Source of the DNA: a virus
Virus record (IMG/VR): IMGVR_UViG_3300013383_000010
Length of the DNA: 39,600 bases
Direction: 5' to 3' (one strand)
Below the pieces are notes generated by a model. It was not told where the DNA came from. It ran no database searches and saw nothing but the letters and a program-made list of their open reading frames with translations. Positions 1 through 4,293 of the stretch are shown piece by piece (the first letter of the stretch is position 1; the number at the start of each line of letters is the position of its first letter). Both the position numbers and the translations under genes were made by a program.

Positions 1-77
1 CATCCGAATCTACCTCTATCGGAATTGCTTCCGGGTTGAGTTTGTCTTTTCGCATTTCCTCACCCCCCTCCTTTCCG
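1..77. repeat. Terminal direct repeat, identical to 39524..39600 (circular-contig overlap)
   Basis: Compared base by base with the last 77 nt and found identical. Bases 1..39 are also the 3' end of the gene that starts at 39047. Confidence 0.95.
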
Positions 78-92
78 TTGCATTGCTTTGTT
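59..92 (-). promoter_or_regulatory. Conserved leader motif, copy 1 (minus-strand reading ACAAAGCAATGCAACG-GAAAGGAGGGGGGTGAG)
   Basis: Near-identical to 38955..38989. The core CGTTGCATTGCTTTGT also occurs at 38699..38714. It lies downstream of the minus-strand promoter at 126..154 and ends in a strong SD followed by ATG 55..53. Confidence 0.5.
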
Positions 93-125
93 CTTTTCGG
101 AGCACCGCTCCGTTCTTATGGTGCA

Positions 126-154
126 ATCATATGCTCTATTAGTGCATTTGTCAA
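126..154 (-). promoter_or_regulatory. Sigma70-type promoter on the minus strand (TTGACA-17-TATGAT)
   Basis: Plus-strand tgtcaa at 149..154 and atcata at 126..131 read on the minus strand as TTGACA, a 17-nt spacer and TATGAT. Confidence 0.6.
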
Positions 155-185
155 GCCCCTTTTTGCTCTATTGGAACATTTTTTC

Positions 186-214
186 TTGACTTTCTGTTCT
201 GAGGCTGTTAAAGT
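186..214 (+). promoter_or_regulatory. Candidate promoter of the XRE repressor gene (TTGACT-17-TAAAGT)
   Basis: TTGACT at 186..191, a 17-nt spacer and TAAAGT at 209..214, followed by AGGAGG at 223..228 and ATG 238. Confidence 0.45.
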
Positions 215-237
215 GTCCTCGAAAGGAGGTGCTGCCT

Positions 238-627
238 ATGTCCGTTGGCAGTCGTATCAAAGAGCTGCGCAATTCTCTTGACCTCACGCAGCAGAAGTTC
301 GCCGATCGTCTCGGCATCCAGCGGGGAATCATCGGCAAATATGAAGTTGACGTTTCCGCCCCGTCCGATGCGGTGATCTCGCTGATCTGCCGCGAGTTCC
401 ATGTGCGGGAAGCCTGGCTGCGCGATGGCGAAGGGGAGATGTTCGAGATAAAGCCCCGCGCCGAGGAGCTCGGCGAGCTTGTCCGAAAGCTCCTGGCCGA
501 CCGGCCGGAATCCTTCCGCTCCCGCCTCATCACGTCGCTCCTGCGCTTCGAGCCCAATTCCCCCGAATGGCAGATCCTTGAGAACATCTATAATTCCATC
601 GCAGACGAAAAAGAGAGCAGGGAATGA
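238..627 (+). CDS. XRE-family HTH transcriptional regulator (candidate prophage repressor)
   Basis: AGGAGG lies 9 nt upstream of ATG 238; the track start at 229 is a GTG. The N-terminal HTH signature is IKELRNSLDLTQQKFADRLGIQRGIIGKYE. There is no S24 peptidase-like C-terminus. Confidence 0.8.
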   Translation: MSVGSRIKELRNSLDLTQQKFADRLGIQRGIIGKYEVDVSAPSDAVISLICREFHVREAWLRDGEGEMFEIKPRAEELGELVRKLLADRPESFRSRLITSLLRFEPNSPEWQILENIYNSIADEKESRE

Positions 628-643
628 TCCCCGCTCTCTTTTT
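612..643 (+). terminator. Rho-independent terminator after the XRE gene
   Basis: Stem agagagcaggg / ccccgctctct with one mismatch, stop codon in the loop, followed by TTTTT. Confidence 0.6.
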
Positions 644-647
644 CATG

Positions 648-685
648 TTGACATTGTGCATATTTTGTAATACAATGTATATACA
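648..685 (+). promoter_or_regulatory. Toxin-antitoxin operon promoter with palindromic operators
   Basis: TTGACA at 648..653, a 17-nt spacer and TACAAT at 671..676. Palindrome TTGTA-A-TACAA at 665..675 and perfect palindrome TGTATATACA at 676..685. Confidence 0.65.
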
Positions 686-706
686 AACATCAAAGGAGTT
701 GATAAT

Positions 707-979
707 ATGGCAACCGCAGTTATGAATATCCGTATGGACAGCGAACTCAAGAAGCAGTTCGAGGCGTTCTGTGCCGACATGGGGCTTTCCGTCACCGCCG
801 CCGTCACCGTCTTTGCGAAAAAGGCTGTCCGCGAATACCGCATCCCCTTTGAGATCGGCGCGGAGATCCCGAACGCCGAGACGAGAAAGGCGATCGAGGA
901 CGCCGAGGCCGGCATCGGCATGAGCGGCCCGTTCCACTCCGTCGCGGATCTGATGGAGGCGCTCAATGCTGACGATTAA
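707..979 (+). CDS. RelB/DinJ-family antitoxin
   Basis: 90 aa. MNIRMDSELKKQFEAFCADMGLSVTAAVTVFAKKAV matches the DinJ/RelB ribbon-helix-helix pattern. SD AAAGGAG is present. Overlaps the toxin gene by 14 nt. Confidence 0.75.
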   Translation: MATAVMNIRMDSELKKQFEAFCADMGLSVTAAVTVFAKKAVREYRIPFEIGAEIPNAETRKAIEDAEAGIGMSGPFHSVADLMEALNADD

Positions 980-1241
980 GTACCAGGCAGCTTTCCGCCG
1001 GGATTATAAGCGCATCGTCCGCCGCGGCTACGACGTCCGCCTTTTGGAAAACGTCGTGCAGCTTCTCGCCGAGGAAAAGCCCCTTCCGGAAAAGCACCGC
1101 GACCACGCGCTCTCCGGCGACTATATCGGCTGCCGCGAGTGTCACATCACACCGGACTGGCTTCTGATCTACGAGATATCCCACGGTGAGCTGACGCTCT
1201 GCCTCACCCGTACCGGTACGCACAGCGATTTGTTCGACTGA
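966..1241 (+). CDS. YafQ/RelE-family type II toxin (mRNA interferase)
   Basis: 91 aa. FRRDYKR...LPEKHRDHALSGDYIGCRECHITPDWLLIY...L.L.RTGTHSDLF is the typical YafQ/RelE pattern. Paired with the upstream antitoxin. Confidence 0.75.
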   Translation: MLTIKYQAAFRRDYKRIVRRGYDVRLLENVVQLLAEEKPLPEKHRDHALSGDYIGCRECHITPDWLLIYEISHGELTLCLTRTGTHSDLFD

Positions 1242-1249
1242 CAGAGAGA

Positions 1250-1285
1250 ACCCGTCGGAGTTTCCGACGGGTCCTTTCTTCTTTC
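1250..1285. terminator. Hairpin terminator between the convergent toxin gene and micro-ORF
   Basis: Perfect 9-bp stem ACCCGTCGG (1250..1258) / CCGACGGGT (1264..1272), followed by a T/C-rich tail on the plus strand. Confidence 0.6.
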
Positions 1286-1386
1286 TACGCCGCTTTCAGA
1301 AAGCTCCGGATAAACCGCAGCGCCTCCTCGTCCGCATCCTTCAGCAGCTCCGTGATCTCCGCGATGATCTTTTCCCGCTCGTCCAT
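1285..1386 (-). CDS. Micro-ORF family member a (33 aa: MDEREKIIAEITELLKDADEEALRFIRSFLKAA)
   Basis: SD GGGAGGAAGAA lies directly upstream of the ATG. It is a paralogue of 27205..27324, with the same C-terminus EALRFIRSFLKAA and DNA-level similarity. It is below the track length cut-off. Confidence 0.5.
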   Translation of the reverse strand: MDEREKIIAEITELLKDADEEALRFIRSFLKAA

Positions 1387-1408
1387 TTCTTCCTCCCTTG
1401 TCATTTTG

Positions 1409-1455
1409 TTGTATATTTGGTCATTCTCTTGTATATTCCGACAAACTTGTATATT
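1409..1455 (+). promoter_or_regulatory. Three direct repeats TTGTATATT (candidate operators or overlapping promoters)
   Basis: Copies at 1409, 1429 and 1447. TTGTAT (1409) plus 17 nt plus TATATT (1432) also fits a promoter reading towards 1691. Confidence 0.5.
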
Positions 1456-1690
1456 TTCTGCGCCGCAGGGCGGGAAACGGTGCTATAGTGTAGGCGAACG
1501 CCCGGGGGGGCCGTGCCGCAGGCTCGCCCCGGGCGTCTGCCGCGGGGCGTCCCGCTCGTCCTGCTGTGCCTGTATCGTAGCAGTTCCCGGCAAATTCCGA
1601 AACCGAACGCTTTACGGTCGAGCCGGAGTTCAGTTTTTTCGACACGAATATATCCCGGTTCAACCCGAAAATAACGAAAGGACGGAGAAC

Positions 1691-2209
1691 ATGAACGAAA
1701 TGGACGCGCTGAAAAACCGCTGGAGAGAGGCCAAGGGCACACGCACCTTCCCGGACATCGCCGAAGCCGCCGATCTGTCGCCGAGCACCGTGGAATATGC
1801 CTTTTCTTCAAAATCCACGAACCCCAGCTTTGATACGGTCGTGCGCATCTCCCGGGAGCTGCACGTCTCGCTGGATGAGACGTTCGGCATTCTCTCCCCG
1901 AGCGATCGCGCGGAGTCGGAGCTTGCCCGGCAGGACGCCGCCCACTGGAAGGCGCGGTACGAAGCGTCCGTCCGGGACATCGAATATCTCCGCACGGTCA
2001 TTCTGATGCTCGGTGCGTTCTTCCTCGTTCTGGTCGTCTGGTGCGTCACCATGGATCTTCGCTGCACGGAAGTCGGCTTCTTCCGCGGCGAGTGGAACTT
2101 CGCCGCGGTGTTCTCGATGTTCTGCGCCGCGATCGCCGCGCTGATGGTCGTCCTCGTCGTCGTCCGCGTCTGCCGCCGCCACCGGCAGCGCAAAGGAGAA
2201 AAGGAATGA
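1691..2209 (+). CDS. Membrane-anchored HTH protein (N-terminal XRE-like HTH, two C-terminal TM helices)
   Basis: SD AAAGGACGGAG precedes ATG 1691. HTH segment FPDIAEAADLSPSTVEYAFSSKSTNPSFDTVVRISRELHVSLDETF. Hydrophobic segments ILMLGAFFLVLVVWCV and AAVFSMFCAAIAALMVVLVVV. The stop overlaps the integrase ATG (ATGA). Confidence 0.65.
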   Translation: MNEMDALKNRWREAKGTRTFPDIAEAADLSPSTVEYAFSSKSTNPSFDTVVRISRELHVSLDETFGILSPSDRAESELARQDAAHWKARYEASVRDIEYLRTVILMLGAFFLVLVVWCVTMDLRCTEVGFFRGEWNFAAVFSMFCAAIAALMVVLVVVRVCRRHRQRKGEKE

Positions 2210-3354
2210 AGTGCTGCAACTGTTCCCGCGAGATCCCGGAAAATTCTTTGTATTGCAACTGGTGCGGAAAGAAACAGCTCCGGGAGAAGGAAAAGAAGCT
2301 CAAGATCCCCGCTCCCCGGCAGCTCCCCTCCGGCAGCTGGACGGTGCAGCTCCGCCGCGAGGGCGTGAACGTCACCGAGCCGACGGAAGAGGCGTGCCGC
2401 ACCAAAGCCCTCGCCATCCGCGCCGGGTTTCTGGAAGCAGAGAGCGCGCTCCCCCGGCTCACGCTCGGCATTCTTCTCGATAAGTATCTGGAAGACCGCC
2501 CCATGCTTTCGCCGTCCACCAGGCGAAGTTACCAATGCATCCGAAACAGCGCTTTTCCCGGCTGTATGGATAAGGATATCCGCTCTATAAACTGGCCGCG
2601 CGCCGTTGCGGCAGAGTCGCAGCGCGTTGCAAAGAAAACCCTGAAGAATGAGCTCGGCTTTGTTGCCGCCGCCTACAAGGAGCAGAAGATACCGTTTGAC
2701 CCCGTGGATCTCGGCGTCGTCCCAAAGGCCGATACTCCGTGGCTGGACTATGCGCAGATACTAACCTTCGTTGACGCGATCCGCGACACGCCCGTCGAGC
2801 TTCCTGCGCTCCTTGCGCTGCACTCTCTCCGCCGCTCGGAGATCTTCGCGCTCCGTCCGGAGGATATCGACCCCAAAGCCGAAACGATTTCCGTCTCCGG
2901 CGCCACGGTCTATACATCCTCTGCCGAATGGATACGCCGGGACGAGAACAAGAGTGCCCGCTCGCAGCGCGTCGTTCCCATCGTGATACCCCGGCTTTTG
3001 GAAATTCTCAAAGACCACGACGGCGATATATGCCCGCTCGGCGACGGCGTGCGTCGGCAGATCAACCGGATCTGTGCCGCAAACGGTTTGCCGGAGGTCG
3101 GCCTGCATGGTCTGCGCCGCAGCTTTGCTTCCCTCGCCTATCATCTCGGATGGTCGGAAGAAGAGACCATGCGGCACGGCGGCTGGAGCGATTGGAAAAC
3201 CGTCCACGATTTTTATCTCCGGCTTTCCGAAAAAGATTTGTCCAAAGCCGCGAAAAAAATGCGGCGGTTCTATTCCGTTAGTAAATCCGTTAGTAAAAAA
3301 GGGTCTAAAAACGCTCAAAAACGTACATCGACCCCGCCGACCGGCACAGAATAA
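2206..3354 (+). CDS. int: Tyrosine recombinase / phage integrase with N-terminal zinc ribbon
   Basis: 382 aa. CCNC...CNWC zinc ribbon. Catalytic-type motifs LHSLRRSE, HGLRRSFAS, HGGW and a terminal Y in VHDFYLRL. Adjacent to attP-like features. Confidence 0.9.
   Translation: MKCCNCSREIPENSLYCNWCGKKQLREKEKKLKIPAPRQLPSGSWTVQLRREGVNVTEPTEEACRTKALAIRAGFLEAESALPRLTLGILLDKYLEDRPMLSPSTRRSYQCIRNSAFPGCMDKDIRSINWPRAVAAESQRVAKKTLKNELGFVAAAYKEQKIPFDPVDLGVVPKADTPWLDYAQILTFVDAIRDTPVELPALLALHSLRRSEIFALRPEDIDPKAETISVSGATVYTSSAEWIRRDENKSARSQRVVPIVIPRLLEILKDHDGDICPLGDGVRRQINRICAANGLPEVGLHGLRRSFASLAYHLGWSEEETMRHGGWSDWKTVHDFYLRLSEKDLSKAAKKMRRFYSVSKSVSKKGSKNAQKRTSTPPTGTE
3274..3297 (+). repeat. Tandem arm-type repeat TCCGTTAGTAAA x2 (inside the int 3' end)
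   Basis: Perfect 12-nt tandem duplication encoding SVSKSVSK. The same CGTTAGTAAA core recurs at 3508..3517. Confidence 0.6.
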
Positions 3355-3372
3355 TAGTACCGAAAAACGCCG

Positions 3373-3418
3373 AAAACCCCTTGAAATTACTCATTTTTTG
3401 AGCATTTCAAGGGGTTTT
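3373..3418 (+). terminator. Long hairpin terminator after the integrase gene
   Basis: 15-bp arms AAAACCCCTTGAAAT (3373..3387) / ATTTCAAGGGGTTTT (3404..3418), with T-rich flanks on both sides. Confidence 0.75.
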
Positions 3419-3422
3419 CTCG

Positions 3423-3450
3423 TGGAGCGGATAATGGGAATCGAACCCAC
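3423..3450 (-). other. attP core candidate: 3' end of a tRNA gene (T-arm + acceptor + CCA), tRNA-Gly-like
   Basis: The minus strand reads GTGGGTTCGATTCCCATTATCCGCTCCA, with the GGTTCGATTCC T-loop, a 7-nt acceptor strand, discriminator U and CCA. Upstream sequence is not tRNA-like, so this is a fragment only. Confidence 0.7.
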
Positions 3451-3496
3451 TTATAACATATAAAATGCGCTGATTTATCAATGAATTTGACACTTT

Positions 3497-3517
3497 GTCA
3501 GTAAAAGCGTTAGTAAA
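3497..3517 (+). repeat. Arm-type repeats on the other side of the core (GTCAGTAAAA, CGTTAGTAAA)
   Basis: Same orientation and core as the repeats at 3274..3297. Together they flank the tRNA-derived core. Confidence 0.5.
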
Positions 3518-3523
3518 ATCGCA

Positions 3524-3557
3524 AAAAACAGAGCCGCTACATGCGGCTCTGTTTTTT
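3524..3557. terminator. Bidirectional rho-independent terminator
   Basis: AAAAAAC-AGAGCCGC-tacat-GCGGCTCT-GTTTTTT, with A and T tracts on both sides. Confidence 0.75.
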
Positions 3558-3581
3558 ATCTCCCGTCATAGAGTCCGAGCT

Positions 3582-3686
3582 TCACGCGGATCTCCGCGTC
3601 CCGCTCCATGAGCTTCTCGTGCTTATATTCCCAGATGGCTCACGCCGGTGCGCAGAAAGCTGAATCGTGTCTTTCTTCTTGGGCAT
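3582..3686 (-). CDS. Small ORF (34 aa), possibly frameshifted
   Basis: SD AAGGAGG lies 7 nt before ATG 3686. A better-looking C-terminus (WEYKHEKLMERDAEIRVKLGLYDGR) is in the -1 frame and ends at 3556, inside the terminator A-tract. Confidence 0.3.
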   Translation of the reverse strand: MPKKKDTIQLSAHRREPSGNISTRSSWSGTRRSA

Positions 3687-3810
3687 GTAAAAACCTCCTT
3701 GATTTATTGCCTTACCGGATATATAATCAAGGCGGTCGGGGTAAGGCTCCCGGCTCGCCTTGTTTTGGGCTTGAGCAGCGGTGCTTGGAAATGTGGCCGC
3801 TGCTCTTTCT

Positions 3811-3936
3811 TTATGCCTTGACCTTGCTGTCGCGGACGATCTCGGCGGCGGCCTCAGGGCTCTTCGCCGTGGCCTCAATCAGCTTCGCAATGTTTTCGAG
3901 AAACTGATTGAGCTCTGCGGTTGTCATTTCTGACAT
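3811..3936 (-). CDS. Small helical protein (41 aa: MSEMTTAELNQFLENIAKLIEATAKSPEAAAEIVRDSKVKA)
   Basis: SD GGAAAGGAAGTGAGGAA precedes the ATG. A candidate promoter lies upstream and a 9-bp hairpin (GAGCAGCGG/CCGCTGCTC) lies downstream. Confidence 0.5.
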   Translation of the reverse strand: MSEMTTAELNQFLENIAKLIEATAKSPEAAAEIVRDSKVKA

Positions 3937-3985
3937 TTCCTCACTTCCTTTCCGAAGGGGCTTTCGCCCCTGCCTTACGAGTATC

Positions 3986-4052
3986 ATTATAATCTATCTG
4001 CGCAGATATGTCTATTTCGTATATATACGCAGATATAGGCACGTGGTATAAT
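3986..4052. promoter_or_regulatory. Divergent promoter region with direct repeats CGCAGATAT x2
   Basis: Minus strand: TAGACA (4014..4009), 17 nt, TATAAT (3991..3986). Plus strand: extended -10 TGgTATAAT (4044..4052). CGCAGATAT occurs at 4001..4009 and 4028..4036. Confidence 0.55.
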
Positions 4053-4074
4053 CTCTCCGAAAGGTGGTGTATGC

Positions 4075-4272
4075 ATGGCAACAACCAAGGCGCAGCAGAA
4101 GGCAGTAAATAAATACATGGCCTCGAATTATGATCGAATCAATCTCACCGTCCCCAAAGGCGCAAAGGAAACCATCAAATCCCACGCAGAGAGCCGCGGG
4201 GAGAGCGTGAACGGCTTTATCAACCGGGCGATCAACGAGACCATCGAGCGCGACAAACAGGACAGGGAATGA
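4075..4272 (+). CDS. Ribbon-helix-helix (Arc/CopG-like) DNA-binding protein
   Basis: 65 aa. The pattern YDRINLTVPKGAKETIKSHAESRGESVNGFINRAINE is a beta strand followed by two helices. SD AAAGGTGG is present. Confidence 0.6.
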   Translation: MATTKAQQKAVNKYMASNYDRINLTVPKGAKETIKSHAESRGESVNGFINRAINETIERDKQDRE

Positions 4273-4290
4273 CCCCTGTCCTGTTTTCGT
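4257..4290 (+). terminator. Rho-independent terminator (convergent with the giant gene)
   Basis: Perfect 11-bp stem ACAGGACAGGG / CCCTGTCCTGT, stop codon in the loop, followed by TTTCGTTTC. Confidence 0.75.
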
Positions 4291-4293
4291 TTC

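Noticed and set aside
3423-3450. Possible complete tRNA gene.
   Set aside because: Only the T-arm and acceptor 3' strand are present. The sequence where the anticodon and D arms should be (3451..3500) is AT-rich and does not fold as a tRNA. It is interpreted as the att core.
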